From assembly GCA_029975435.1 (NCBI GenBank), contig JARKPC010000171.1, positions 7,647-71,646 on the forward strand: a stretch of DNA of 64,000 nucleotides, given 5' to 3'. The notes under the pieces are model-generated. The model did not search any database. It had not been told where the DNA came from and saw only the letters and a list, made by a program, of their open reading frames with translations. Below, piece after piece: positions 21,081 through 31,269 of the stretch (position 1 is its first letter; every line of letters starts with the position of its first letter). The DNA is from Propionivibrio sp. Its GTDB lineage: Bacteria > Pseudomonadota > Gammaproteobacteria > Burkholderiales > Rhodocyclaceae. A program made the translations under genes and the position numbers.

Positions 21081-21325
21081 CGGTGAGGATTCCACTGCAA
21101 AAAACAGAAAGCCGCCAGATGGGAGAAGAACCCCGTGGGCGGCGTCAATCCGCAACTATAGCAAGACTTGGCTTTGGCCGGAATCCGGATATGGAGTTTC
21201 TCTGCGGGGTGTGGCAGCCCGGACTCTCTGGAAGGCCTGCCACGGCCCTTTCGGGGCAATTCCGGTGATTCCTGCGTTCAATGCTGCTACAGTATCCACG
21301 GCGGCTTTCGCGAAAGAATTTCACA

Positions 21326-24300
21326 ATGCAGCCGAAAAAAGCCGAGCTTCCAGTTCCGGAAAACCGCATGGGCAAGCCTGTTCTTCTGTTGAATTCTCTC
21401 AAGACCCGACTGGTTCTCGGCTCGCTGGCCATCTTCCTGGCCAGCTTGTGGTCGCTGTCGTTCTATGTCAGCCACACCTTGCGCATCGATATGGAACGGC
21501 TGCTCGGCGAGCAGCAGTTTTCCACGGTATCCCTCGTGGCGGACCGGGTCGATCATGAATTCGAGGACCGGATAGCCTGGCTTGAAGAAGCCGCGCGGCA
21601 AACCGAGAGAGTGATGCCGGAGGGGCCGGGCGCCGTCCAGGCACATCTCGAGGGCTGGAGGAACCTGTTCGCCAAATTCAATGGCGGAACTTTCGTCACG
21701 GGAATGGACGGCACGGCGATTGCCGCAATACCGCTCTCCTCTAACCGGGTCGGCGTCAACTACATGGATCGTGACTATCTGATCAGGGCGCTCAAGGGCG
21801 GGCAGGTGGCGATCGGTTCGCCAGTGATGGGGCGGACGTCGAAGACTCCCGTGATCGTCGTGGCTGTTCCCTTGCGCGGGGAACAGCGGGAGATCATCGG
21901 TGCCGTGACCGGCGTGATCAATATGGCCGAACCGAATTTCCTCGATCATGCCACCGAGAACCAGTACGGAAGAACTGGCGGATTCCTGATGGTGGTGCCG
22001 CAGCAAAGGCTGATCGCCACCGCGACCGACAAGTCGCGCGTCATGGAGGTGATGCCGGCCGGAAAGAATCCGCTGCTTGACCGCTTTATTGACGGATACG
22101 AAGGTTACGGCGTCACCGTCAATACGCTCGGGGTGGAAATCCTGGCGGCCGCCAAGCGGATTCCTACCTCCGGATGGTACGTGTCGGGCTATTTGCCGAC
22201 CGAGGAAGCGTTTGCGCCGATCCGCGAGATGGAGCGGCGCTGGCTGCTGGCGACGATCGTCCTGACGCTGCTGGCAGCGGCGCTTTCCTGGATGCTGCTG
22301 AAGCGTCAGCTCTCGCCTCTCATGGCCGCGGCGGAATCGTTGGCGGAGATGTCGGATACGTCGCAGCCCGCGCGTCCCCTGGTCGTTATCCGGGATGACG
22401 AAATCGGCCAGCTGATCGGGGGCTTTAACCGCCTGCTCGACGCCCTGGGCCAGCGGGAATCGTTGCTCAAGCAGATCCTCGATACGTCCAGCGTGGCGAT
22501 TTTTCTGGTCGACCGGGATGGGCAGATCACCCAGGCGAACGAGCGCATGGCCGAGATGTTCGGGATTTCGACCGAGGCGCTCGTCGGCAGTGACTACGCG
22601 TCCCTGGTGCCTGTGGCCGACCGCGAGACGGCGCAACAAAGGTTGCTGCGCAGCATGGACAACGCGAAGTCTTCGATCGGAGTGGACCGGCTTTTCTGCC
22701 GCGGCGACCAGTCCGAGTTTTGGGGGCACCTGACCGCCCGACGCTTCGTCGACGCCAGTGGCGAGGATCGCGGGTTGGTCGGCGTGATTGCGGATATTTC
22801 GGAGCGCAAGCAAGCCGAGGAAAAGAACCAGCTTGCGGCCAGTGTCTTTTCGCATGCCCGGGAAGGGATCACCATCACCGCCGCGGACGGGACGATCATC
22901 GACGTGAATGACGCCTTCACCCGCATCACCGGCTATACGCGCGAGGAAGCACTGGGCAAGAATCCGCGGATCATCAAGTCGAATCACCACGAGCCCGAGT
23001 TCTATGCCGCGATGTGGCGCGACCTGATCGAGAAGGGCTATTGGAACGGCGAGATCTGGAACCGGCGCAAGAGTGGCGAGTTGTATCCCGAGTTGCTCAC
23101 CATCAGCGCCGTGCGTGATGAGCAGGGCCGGACGTTGCACTACGTGGCGCTGTTTACCGACATCACCCCGATGAAGGAGCATGAAGAGCAGCTCAGGCAC
23201 ATGGCGCATTTCGATCTGCTGACCACGCTGCCCAATCGCGTGCTCCTGGGGGACCGGCTGCACCAGGCGATGTCGCAGACGTTGCGGCGCAAGCAGTTGC
23301 TGACGGTGGGCTATCTTGACCTCGACGGTTTCAAGGCCATCAATGACTTGTACGGACACAGGACAGGCGACCAGTTGCTGGTCGCGCTGGCGAACCGCAT
23401 GCGTCAGGCGCTGCGCGAGGGCGACACGCTCGCCCGACTTGGGGGAGACGAGTTCGTCGTCGTGCTGAGCGATCTCGATGACGTCTCCGCCAGCCTCCCC
23501 ATGCTGAACCGCCTGCTCAATGCGGCGGCGCAGCCGGTGCGTGTGGGGGGGGACGTGCTGCAGGTTTCCGCCAGCCTGGGCGTCACGTTCTACCCGCAGA
23601 GCGAAGACGTGGATGCCGATCAGTTATTGCGTCAGGCGGACCAGGCCATGTATCAGGCCAAGCTGGCCGGCAAGAACCGCTACCAGATCTTCGATGCCGA
23701 TCAGGATCGCAGTCTGCGCGGCCGTCACGAAAGCCTTGAGCGCATCCGTCGGGCGCTGGTCGATAACGAGTTCGTCCTGTACTACCAGCCCAAGGTCAAT
23801 ATGCGTACCGGGAAGATGATCGGGGCGGAAGCCTTGATCCGCTGGCAGCATCCGGACAAGGGAGTGCTGCCACCGGCGGTATTTCTTCCCGTCATCGAGA
23901 ACCATCCGTTGTCCATCGAGGTGGGAGAATGGGTGGTCGGTCGGGCCCTCGAACAGATCCAGGCATGGCACGATGCAGGAATCGAAGTTCCGGTCAGTGT
24001 CAATGTTTGCCCCCGCCAGCTGCAGCAGGTTGCTTTCGCCTCGCGCCTGCAGCAGATTCTTGCGCAGCATCCGGCTGTCAGGCCCGGAGACCTGACCCTC
24101 GAAGTGCTGGAAACCAGCGCGCTGGAAGACCTCGCCGGGGTGTCCTCGATCATCGAGGACTGCCAGCGACTCGGCGTGCGTTTTTCGCTCGATGATTTCG
24201 GTACCGGATATTCTTCGCTGACGTATCTGAAGCGGCTGTCCGTCGACCAGCTCAAGATCGACCAGAGTTTCGTGCGCGACATGCTCGAAGATCCGGATGA

Positions 24301-24871
24301 CCTGACCATTCTCGAAGGCGTGATCAGTCTCTCCGGCGCCTTCCGGCGCGAGGTCATCGCCGAGGGGGTCGAGACCGTGGCGCACGGTGAGATGCTGTTG
24401 TTGCTGGGTTGCGAGCTGGCGCAAGGCTATGGCATCGCGCGCCCGATGCCGGCAGCCGAGTTGCCCGGTTGGGCTGCCGCCTGGCGTCCGGATCCCCGGT
24501 GGGAGAGCCTGCGTCCTGTGGGACGGGACGACCTGCCGCTGCTGTTTGCCGGCACCGAGCATAGTGCCTGGGTTCTGGAGATGGAAAAATTCCTGCTCGG
24601 GGGGCGCGATGTGCCGCCCCAAGGCAACCTTCATCGCTGCCGCTTCGGCGTATGGCTCGAGGGCGAGGGAGCCGCGCGCCATGCCCGTCACCCCGCCTTC
24701 CCCGAAGTCAGGCGCTTGCACTCGGCGGTGCATGGCCTGGCGGATCTCCTTAGCGAGCAAAAGCGCGAGGGCATCGTGGAAGAGATGGCGCACGGTGCGA
24801 GAAAACTGCGCGGGTTGAGCGATGCCTTGCTTGCGGAGCTTAGAAAGTTGGTTTTGAATCCCTTGCCCTAA
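21326..24871 (+). CDS. Cache-HAMP-PAS-PAS-GGDEF-EAL protein with C-terminal CZB-like domain
   Basis: Two TMs flanking a Cache region (DRDY), HAMP (DEIGQL), two PAS, GGDEF, EAL, DDFGTGYSS, then H..W...CRFGVWL...H...H. Confidence 0.9.
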   Translation: MQPKKAELPVPENRMGKPVLLLNSLKTRLVLGSLAIFLASLWSLSFYVSHTLRIDMERLLGEQQFSTVSLVADRVDHEFEDRIAWLEEAARQTERVMPEGPGAVQAHLEGWRNLFAKFNGGTFVTGMDGTAIAAIPLSSNRVGVNYMDRDYLIRALKGGQVAIGSPVMGRTSKTPVIVVAVPLRGEQREIIGAVTGVINMAEPNFLDHATENQYGRTGGFLMVVPQQRLIATATDKSRVMEVMPAGKNPLLDRFIDGYEGYGVTVNTLGVEILAAAKRIPTSGWYVSGYLPTEEAFAPIREMERRWLLATIVLTLLAAALSWMLLKRQLSPLMAAAESLAEMSDTSQPARPLVVIRDDEIGQLIGGFNRLLDALGQRESLLKQILDTSSVAIFLVDRDGQITQANERMAEMFGISTEALVGSDYASLVPVADRETAQQRLLRSMDNAKSSIGVDRLFCRGDQSEFWGHLTARRFVDASGEDRGLVGVIADISERKQAEEKNQLAASVFSHAREGITITAADGTIIDVNDAFTRITGYTREEALGKNPRIIKSNHHEPEFYAAMWRDLIEKGYWNGEIWNRRKSGELYPELLTISAVRDEQGRTLHYVALFTDITPMKEHEEQLRHMAHFDLLTTLPNRVLLGDRLHQAMSQTLRRKQLLTVGYLDLDGFKAINDLYGHRTGDQLLVALANRMRQALREGDTLARLGGDEFVVVLSDLDDVSASLPMLNRLLNAAAQPVRVGGDVLQVSASLGVTFYPQSEDVDADQLLRQADQAMYQAKLAGKNRYQIFDADQDRSLRGRHESLERIRRALVDNEFVLYYQPKVNMRTGKMIGAEALIRWQHPDKGVLPPAVFLPVIENHPLSIEVGEWVVGRALEQIQAWHDAGIEVPVSVNVCPRQLQQVAFASRLQQILAQHPAVRPGDLTLEVLETSALEDLAGVSSIIEDCQRLGVRFSLDDFGTGYSSLTYLKRLSVDQLKIDQSFVRDMLEDPDDLTILEGVISLSGAFRREVIAEGVETVAHGEMLLLLGCELAQGYGIARPMPAAELPGWAAAWRPDPRWESLRPVGRDDLPLLFAGTEHSAWVLEMEKFLLGGRDVPPQGNLHRCRFGVWLEGEGAARHARHPAFPEVRRLHSAVHGLADLLSEQKREGIVEEMAHGARKLRGLSDALLAELRKLVLNPLP

Positions 24872-24925
24872 TGGAACTCTGCTGTTTCCCGGCAAGTTGC
24901 CTTGAATGAATTGGAACAGGCCCTT

Positions 24926-25804
24926 ATGAACGTGATTCAGGATCCGAGCATTGACAAAGTGGGTGAGGCGCTCAAGGCGCAGCGTTTCAAGATGCTCGAG
25001 GATATCGCCCGCGAACTTTCATCGGACAGCGTAGTGTTCCCGACCTGCTTCGACGTCGCGCTCCGTTTGCGCAAGGAACTGCAAAATCCCGATCTGTCCA
25101 TCCCGCGCATGGCCAAAGTCGTGGCGCTCGAACCTCTGGTGGCCACGCGGCTCATGCAGTTGGCCGGCTCCGTGCTGCACAGCCCGGACGGCACCCCCGC
25201 CCGGGATCTGCAGGTAGCCATCAATAGACTTGGCGTTGAGTTGGTGCGCACCACGGCGCTGGCTATCGCCATGAGTCAGTTGCTGCGATCCAAGGAAACC
25301 GCCTTGTTCGGCGATTTCGCCAAGGCATTGTGGGGGCATTCAATCGGAGTCGCCGCAGCGGCCCGGTTGCTGGCTCAGACCTTTACCCGGATCAATCCGG
25401 ATCAGGCCTTGCTGGCCGGTCTGGTGCACGATCTTGGTGCCTTCTACATGTTGTACCGGGCCGCGCAGTACGAAGAACTGAGGATGCGTCCGGAAACTGT
25501 CAAGTATCTGATGTTGCAGTGGCACGAAAGCATCGGCGTTTCCTTGCTCAGCGCGCTCGGTTTGCCTGAGCAGATAGTCAATGCGGTGGTCGATCATGAT
25601 CAGCCGCGTCCTCTGCCCGATACCTTGCGGACGCTGGAGGATCTGGTATACGTCGGCAACATTCTTGCCAGCTCCCATCTCGAATGGATGCATCAGGACG
25701 CTGACCCGCGTGCAGCGCAGTTTGGCGCGGTCAGCCAGCGCTACGCGGAGTTGCTGCCGAAAATCGAGACGGACGCCCGGGAAATGCAGGCGATATTCTC
25801 CTGA
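24926..25804 (+). CDS. HDOD domain protein
   Basis: LEPLVATRL, AINRLG, LWGHS, LAGLVHDLG; start could be TTG at 24902. Confidence 0.85.
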   Translation: MNVIQDPSIDKVGEALKAQRFKMLEDIARELSSDSVVFPTCFDVALRLRKELQNPDLSIPRMAKVVALEPLVATRLMQLAGSVLHSPDGTPARDLQVAINRLGVELVRTTALAIAMSQLLRSKETALFGDFAKALWGHSIGVAAAARLLAQTFTRINPDQALLAGLVHDLGAFYMLYRAAQYEELRMRPETVKYLMLQWHESIGVSLLSALGLPEQIVNAVVDHDQPRPLPDTLRTLEDLVYVGNILASSHLEWMHQDADPRAAQFGAVSQRYAELLPKIETDAREMQAIFS

Positions 25805-25825
25805 GTCAGGCGCTCGTCCGACGTG

Positions 25826-26443
25826 TCAATACTCGACCGTTACCGGGTCGAGACTGCGCCAGAGGTACCAGGTGGCGACAGAGCGCCATGGGCGCCAACG
25901 CTCGCCCATCTGCGCGAGCCGGTTGCGTGCCGGCCGTTCTCCGGCAAAGAAATGCCTGGCCACCGCCTTCTGCAGACCGATGTCGTCGAGCGGAAACACG
26001 TCCGGCCGCAACTGATTGAAGATCAGGAACATCTCCGCCGTCCATACGCCGATCCCCCGGACGGCAGTCAGTTCGCTGATGATCTCGGCGTCGCTCATCG
26101 CCGGCCAGCGGTGCGTATGAATCTCACCGTTGTGGAAATGCATGGCCAGGTCGGCGAGGTATTCGACCTTGCGCGCCGAGAGTCCGCATTGGCGCAGCGT
26201 TTCGGTGGAGCACGCGAGGATGGCGGCAGGAGAAGTCTCCGGGACGGCATCACGCAGGCGCGACCAGATCGTGTCGGCCGCCTTGACCGAGATCTGCTGG
26301 CCGACGATGGAACGTACCAGCGTGACGAATGGATCGCCGCGCGAGACGAGCGATGCACCTGCATAGGTCGCAATCAGTCCGGCCATGACAGGATCTGTCT
26401 GTGCCAGTTCGTCCGAGGCTTGCTGCCAGTAGGCTGGGATCAT
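25826..26443 (-). CDS. DNA-3-methyladenine glycosylase II (AlkA/HhH-GPD family)
   Basis: SIVGQQIS, GLSARK, HhH VRGIGVWTAEMF, FPLDD, WRPWRS. Confidence 0.9.
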   Translation of the reverse strand: MIPAYWQQASDELAQTDPVMAGLIATYAGASLVSRGDPFVTLVRSIVGQQISVKAADTIWSRLRDAVPETSPAAILACSTETLRQCGLSARKVEYLADLAMHFHNGEIHTHRWPAMSDAEIISELTAVRGIGVWTAEMFLIFNQLRPDVFPLDDIGLQKAVARHFFAGERPARNRLAQMGERWRPWRSVATWYLWRSLDPVTVEY

Positions 26444-26466
26444 GAGCGGGCTGGGATCATGAGCGG
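26433..26466. repeat. Perfect 17-bp tandem duplication
   Basis: GCTGGGATCATGAGCGG at 26433-26449 and 26450-26466. Confidence 0.95.
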
Positions 26467-26644
26467 ATTGTAAGCGCAATAAACCTGCCTTGGTCGGCGT
26501 GTTCCTGCGGGTTTGGTGCGGAAATGCGGGCCAAGGAGGCGGGCCGTGGGGCGAACCATCCCAAGACGGCGTTTGTCTGATGTACAGTATCCTCGCATCG
26601 CAGTCTGGCCAAATTCTGTCGCTTCAATTCACCGATCCGCTCCA

Positions 26645-26827
26645 ATGATTCAACGAATCGCCGATCAGCCGTGGATTTTCATCACCTTCGTCGTGGTCAT
26701 GATCCTCCTTTGGGTCGGAGCTTCGATGCGGGTCCGGCGTGACCGCTTGCGAAGACACCGGGCAAAAGTGGATCGAAGGAACAAGGCGCGGGCAGAAAGG
26801 GATCGGCGGTGGAACCCGCGCCCGTGA
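26645..26827 (+). CDS. Small single-TM protein with Arg-rich tail
   Basis: 60-aa ORF: WIFITFVVVMILLWVGA helix followed by a basic tail. Confidence 0.5.
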   Translation: MIQRIADQPWIFITFVVVMILLWVGASMRVRRDRLRRHRAKVDRRNKARAERDRRWNPRP

Positions 26828-27038
26828 TCGCGGGTATTTTCGCCCTTGTCCTTGCCGCCTCTGTTTAGGGCGCCGGTGGCGAGCTAGCGTCAAAAATGAA
26901 AGATACGGCTTCGACATCCTCGGTGGACGCTGCCGGCCCCGACTTTGGCCGAGACGGGAGGAGCGGAGCACTACCCTCCGCTTCTTCCTATCAGGTTGCC
27001 GAAATGGAGGCTTTTTTGCGCCTTTGATCCATTAATCG

Positions 27039-28238
27039 TCAGCCTTTCGAGGCCCTGGGGATTTGGCTGATTCTCGGGGGTGACAGCAGTCCGCCACGTA
27101 TTGATCCCTCGGCTGTTCTGATCAGTACCACCACCCACGCCACCAACAGAATCACAAACAGTGCTAGTGCGGTCCACTGGAATATTGGAAGTTTGGTATG
27201 TAGAGCAAGTTGGCTTGTACCGGTGACGCAGGTTCCAATCGGAAATGTGAAAGACCACCAGGTTAGGGCAAACCCCATCTGTTTGTGGCGCGCGCGGATG
27301 GTGAGCAGCAAAGCGATCGGGAACCACAGCCAGATGAAGCCCCACATCGGCACCCCGTACGCAATGGCGAATACCTTGAATCCGGTGGCGAAGGGTTCAG
27401 AGGTGGCTGCAGCGGCAACCATACCGAGGCCACCGGCCGCCGTGATGGATTGCCCGACCGGTCCCAGTACAATCCAAAGCGTCGGCACCCGTGTCGACCC
27501 GGACGAGCCGAAGTGCGCCAAACGACTCCAGATCATGGAGATGACGATCAGCGACACCACCAGGCTCATGCCGAACATCGAGTAGCAGATGAGCAACAGG
27601 CTTTCGCGTAACACCCCTGTCTCCACGTAAGGAACCAGCAGCGCACCGCCGGCGGCGGACACCATCGGTGGAACGACAGGCATCAGCCAACCCCCGAACG
27701 CCCCATCGCTGTTTACCTCCAACTGGGTGAACAGTCGGTAGGGAACCACCACCGCCGTAATGAGTCCCAAGACCGTCCCGGCAAACCAGAGCACTGAATC
27801 AATCAGGAGGGCGGTCGGTTGGCCGACGTAATGAGAGCCGACAAGAAGGGTTGCGCTTCCGACTGTCATTAGCGCCATCGGTGGAGCTCCAAAAAACTGG
27901 ATCGCAATCGGGTCGTCCGCAAGAGTCTTAAACGTCCCGGGGCGCCGAATCCAGTGTATCGGGATTACCACCAGCATCACCACCAAGAGAACAGCCGCCA
28001 GCATCCATGCCACCGATGCGATGGCGAATAATCCTGGGAATCTAATCGGCAGGATGGACCCGGCAATAGCTATGATTCCCGTGCCCATCACCGAAGCGAA
28101 CCAGTTTGGCCCGAGCATGATGTTCCCCTCGATCGGAGAGGATAAGGCTGCAGCCCAACGGCCAAACCAATAGGAAAATCGCGTTTCAGTATGTTCGGGG
28201 ACTTCCATGCTCCCCGCTGCTTTTTCGGGCTGGGTCAT
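27039..28238 (-). CDS. TDT (tellurite-resistance/dicarboxylate, SLAC1-like) transporter
   Basis: GPNWFASVMGTG, WLMPVVPPMV, WWSFTFPIG; about ten TMs; start uncertain. Confidence 0.85.
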   Translation of the reverse strand: MTQPEKAAGSMEVPEHTETRFSYWFGRWAAALSSPIEGNIMLGPNWFASVMGTGIIAIAGSILPIRFPGLFAIASVAWMLAAVLLVVMLVVIPIHWIRRPGTFKTLADDPIAIQFFGAPPMALMTVGSATLLVGSHYVGQPTALLIDSVLWFAGTVLGLITAVVVPYRLFTQLEVNSDGAFGGWLMPVVPPMVSAAGGALLVPYVETGVLRESLLLICYSMFGMSLVVSLIVISMIWSRLAHFGSSGSTRVPTLWIVLGPVGQSITAAGGLGMVAAAATSEPFATGFKVFAIAYGVPMWGFIWLWFPIALLLTIRARHKQMGFALTWWSFTFPIGTCVTGTSQLALHTKLPIFQWTALALFVILLVAWVVVLIRTAEGSIRGGLLSPPRISQIPRASKG

Positions 28239-28483
28239 GATGAGCATTCCTTGGCAGGGTAAAGGATTTTGGGGCTCCGAGGATTCACCTTCTATAGATT
28301 GAAAACGCCGGCGAACCAAGAACTAGGAGGTTGCTACCAGATGCGTGTATTGCAGTTCGTCTATCCGGGCGTATTTCACCGCGATCCCTTCGCAAAATCG
28401 ACCACACAACTATATCTTTATAGTGCTGCTATGCGGCCCGTGCATTCCGATGCGAAAAATCCGTGCGAAACAGAGGCGAAAAG

Positions 28484-28518
28484 AAAAAGGGCTACAGGAT
28501 AATCTCCTGTAGCCCTTT
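28484..28518 (-). terminator. Terminator of the tRNA operon
   Basis: 14-bp perfect stem AAAGGGCTACAGGA/TCCTGTAGCCCTTT with a T-run on the minus strand. Confidence 0.85.
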
Positions 28519-28525
28519 GATTTGT

Positions 28526-28602
28526 TGGCGGAGTGGACGGGACTCGAACCCGCGACCCCCGGCGTGACAGGCCGGTATTCTAACCAACTGAACTACCACT
28601 CC
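28526..28602 (-). tRNA. tRNA-Asp(GTC)
   Basis: GGAGTGGTAGTTCAG...CCTGTCACG...GGTTCGAGTCC...CCA; 77 nt. Confidence 0.97.
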
Positions 28603-28617
28603 AGTACTGCATAATCT

Positions 28618-28693
28618 TGGCGTCCCCACGGGGATTCGAACCCCGGTACCAACCGTGAAAGGGTTGTGTCCTAGGCCTCTAGACGATGGGGAC
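28618..28693 (-). tRNA. tRNA-Glu(TTC)
   Basis: GTCCCCATCGTCTAG...CAACC-CTTTCAC-GGTTG...GTTCGAATCC...CCA. Confidence 0.97.
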
Positions 28694-28720
28694 CCGGACT
28701 AAAACTATTCTTTCGGCTTG

Positions 28721-28796
<76 letters not shown>

Positions 28797-28807
28797 GCTC
28801 GAAAGAA

Positions 28808-28842
28808 GGGCGCATTATAGGGAGGCGTCGTGTGCTTGTAAA
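28808..28842 (-). promoter_or_regulatory. Sigma70 promoter of the tRNA operon
   Basis: Minus strand TTTACA-17 bp-TATAAT followed by GC-rich discriminator GCGCCC. Confidence 0.8.
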
Positions 28843-28943
28843 GCGGTTTTTGAATTTTTTGATCCTTGTTGCGACGCGTGCCCGGAAACGGCTGCCCGGC
28901 CTTTGGGTTAGAATGGGTTTCGCCTTGTTCGGACGAGTCCCTG

Positions 28944-29912
28944 ATGAAAACCAGTTTTCTTGATTTTGAACAACAGATTGCCGATCTCGAGAGCAAGATC
29001 GAGTCGCTCCGTGCGTCGCAGCAGGATTCTCCGATCGACATATCCGACGAAGTCGCGCTGCTGGAGAAAAAAGGGCAGCAGCTGACCAAGGAAATCTACG
29101 CCAAACTCACCCCGTGGCAGACTGCGCAGGTCGCCCGGCACCCGCAGCGGCCCTATACGCTCGATTACATCCGTCTCATTTTTACCGATTTCCAGGAACT
29201 GCACGGCGACCGCAGCTTTGCCGACGACCACGCCATCGTCGGCGGTCTGGCGCGCTTCAACGGACAGCCGGTGATGGTCATCGGTCATCAGAAAGGCAGC
29301 GATACCAAGGAGAAGCTTTATCGCAATTTCGGCATGCCGCGCCCGGAGGGGTACCGCAAGGCACTGCGCCTGATGCGGCTGGCCGAGAAATTCGGCATTC
29401 CGTTGATGACCTTCATCGATACGCCGGGCGCCTATCCGGGGATCGATGCGGAAGAGCGCGGTCAGTCCGAGGCGATCGGGCGCAATCTCTACGAAATGGC
29501 CGGGTTGAGAATTCCGGTCATCGTCACGGTGATCGGCGAAGGCGGGTCCGGGGGTGCGCTGGCGATCGGCATCGGCGACGTGGTTCAGATGCTGCAATAT
29601 TCGACCTATTCGGTCATCTCGCCGGAAGGCTGTGCCTCCATTCTGTGGAAAAGTGCCGATAAGGCGAGTGATGCTGCGGAGATCATGGGCATCACGGCGG
29701 CACGCCTCAAATCGCTCGGCCTGGTCGACAAGGTGGTCAGCGAACCGCTCGGCGGCGCTCATCGGGATCCCGAGCGCATGGCGCAGAATCTGGCGAAAGC
29801 GCTGCAGGAGGGGCTCAAGCATCTGAGCGCCCTGTCCATTGACAAGTTGCTCGAAGCGCGCTTTGAACGCCTGATGGCCTATGGCCGCACCAAAGAACAG
29901 CCGCTGGCGTGA
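28944..29912 (+). CDS. accA: Acetyl-CoA carboxylase carboxyltransferase alpha
   Basis: [36 protein letters not shown]. Confidence 0.97.
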   Translation: MKTSFLDFEQQIADLESKIESLRASQQDSPIDISDEVALLEKKGQQLTKEIYAKLTPWQTAQVARHPQRPYTLDYIRLIFTDFQELHGDRSFADDHAIVGGLARFNGQPVMVIGHQKGSDTKEKLYRNFGMPRPEGYRKALRLMRLAEKFGIPLMTFIDTPGAYPGIDAEERGQSEAIGRNLYEMAGLRIPVIVTVIGEGGSGGALAIGIGDVVQMLQYSTYSVISPEGCASILWKSADKASDAAEIMGITAARLKSLGLVDKVVSEPLGGAHRDPERMAQNLAKALQEGLKHLSALSIDKLLEARFERLMAYGRTKEQPLA

Positions 29913-29919
29913 GTGCCTC

Positions 29920-31269
29920 GTGGCGGATGCCGGGAATCCGGTCGAATCCGCTCTCTCTGCCTTTCTTGAGACTCGTCTGAAACCGGGTGACCGGCTTTGC
30001 GTCGGTTTCTCCGGAGGGATGGATTCCGTGGTCCTGCTGCATGCTCTTCGTCGCATGGTGGAGAAGCTGGACAGCCCGATCAGCCTTTCGGCTGTTCATG
30101 TGCATCACGGTCTCAGTACCAGCGCGGACGACTGGGCCGATTTTTGCGCTGATTTCTGTCGACGTTGTGGCGTGCCGCTCGAGGTCGTCAGGGTGGAGGT
30201 GCCGCGCGATAGCGGCGAGGGACTGGAAGGCGCGGCGCGACGCCTGCGTCATGGAGTTTTTGCCAAGTGCCGGGCGGACTGGCTGGCGCTGGCCCATCAC
30301 CGCGACGACCAGGCCGAAACGGTGCTGCTCAATCTGCTGCGCGGCGCCGGGGTGGCCGGCGCGGCCGGGATGCTCAGCGAACGTCCGCAGCTGTGCGGGC
30401 CGGCCCTGGTGCGTCCGTTGCTGGATATTCCCCGCAATGTCATTGAAGTCTATGCCGCCGAACACGGGTTGCGCTGGATCGACGACGAGAGCAATGCCGA
30501 TCGCCGTTTCCGACGCAATTTCCTCAGGCACGAGATCTTGCCCCGGTTGGAGGCGACGTTTCCCGGCGCGGGAAAGTCGCTGGCGCGTGCCGCCGGGCAT
30601 TTCGCCGAAGCGGCCAGTCTGCTCGACGATCTGGCGGCGATTGACCGGAAAGCCGCGAGCGCGGCCTCCGGACGGATTGCTTTGGCAGCCTTGAAGGCTT
30701 TGCCTCCACGCCGTGCGCGCAATCTACTGCGCCATGTGTGGACAGCCGAGGGCTTTCAGGCTCCGGATACGCGCTGGATCGACGAGGCGCTCAAGCAACT
30801 GGCGACGGCCGGCCCCCTTTCCGAAATCCGCGTGGCAAGAGCCGATGGCGAGTTGCACGCGTATCGCGGGGAGCTTTACCTTGTCCGGTTGCGCGCTGAT
30901 CCGCCTGCCGTCCCCGTGCCATGGTCAGGGCAGGATGTCCTGCCGTGGGCCGGGGGGCGCGTGCGATTCATTCCGGTGACCGGTCGGGGGATACGCCGCA
31001 GCGACATGGAAGTTGGGCATGTCGATCTCTGGCCCCGGCAGGGCGGTGAACGCCTGCAGCCCGATGCGCGGCGGCCGCGGCGCAGCCTGCGCAATCTGTT
31101 GCAGGAAGCCGCGGTGCCACCGTGGGAGCGCCAACGTCTGCCGATGCTCTGGATCAATGCGCGATTGGCCTGGGTGGGCGGGGTCGGTTGCGATGCAGCG
31201 TTTGTTTGCCCGCCGGGAGAGAAAGGGCTTCTTCCTCAATGGGATAGCGTGATCGACGACTACAGCTGA
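29920..31269 (+). CDS. tilS: tRNA(Ile)-lysidine synthetase
   Basis: SGGMDS PP-loop, HVHHGL, AHHRDDQAET, RNFLRH; follows accA; GTG start estimated. Confidence 0.93.
   Translation: MADAGNPVESALSAFLETRLKPGDRLCVGFSGGMDSVVLLHALRRMVEKLDSPISLSAVHVHHGLSTSADDWADFCADFCRRCGVPLEVVRVEVPRDSGEGLEGAARRLRHGVFAKCRADWLALAHHRDDQAETVLLNLLRGAGVAGAAGMLSERPQLCGPALVRPLLDIPRNVIEVYAAEHGLRWIDDESNADRRFRRNFLRHEILPRLEATFPGAGKSLARAAGHFAEAASLLDDLAAIDRKAASAASGRIALAALKALPPRRARNLLRHVWTAEGFQAPDTRWIDEALKQLATAGPLSEIRVARADGELHAYRGELYLVRLRADPPAVPVPWSGQDVLPWAGGRVRFIPVTGRGIRRSDMEVGHVDLWPRQGGERLQPDARRPRRSLRNLLQEAAVPPWERQRLPMLWINARLAWVGGVGCDAAFVCPPGEKGLLPQWDSVIDDYS

Noticed and set aside
26470-27040. att duplication of the tRNA-Asp 3' end bounding the TDT gene
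   Set aside because: No copy of the tRNA end was found.
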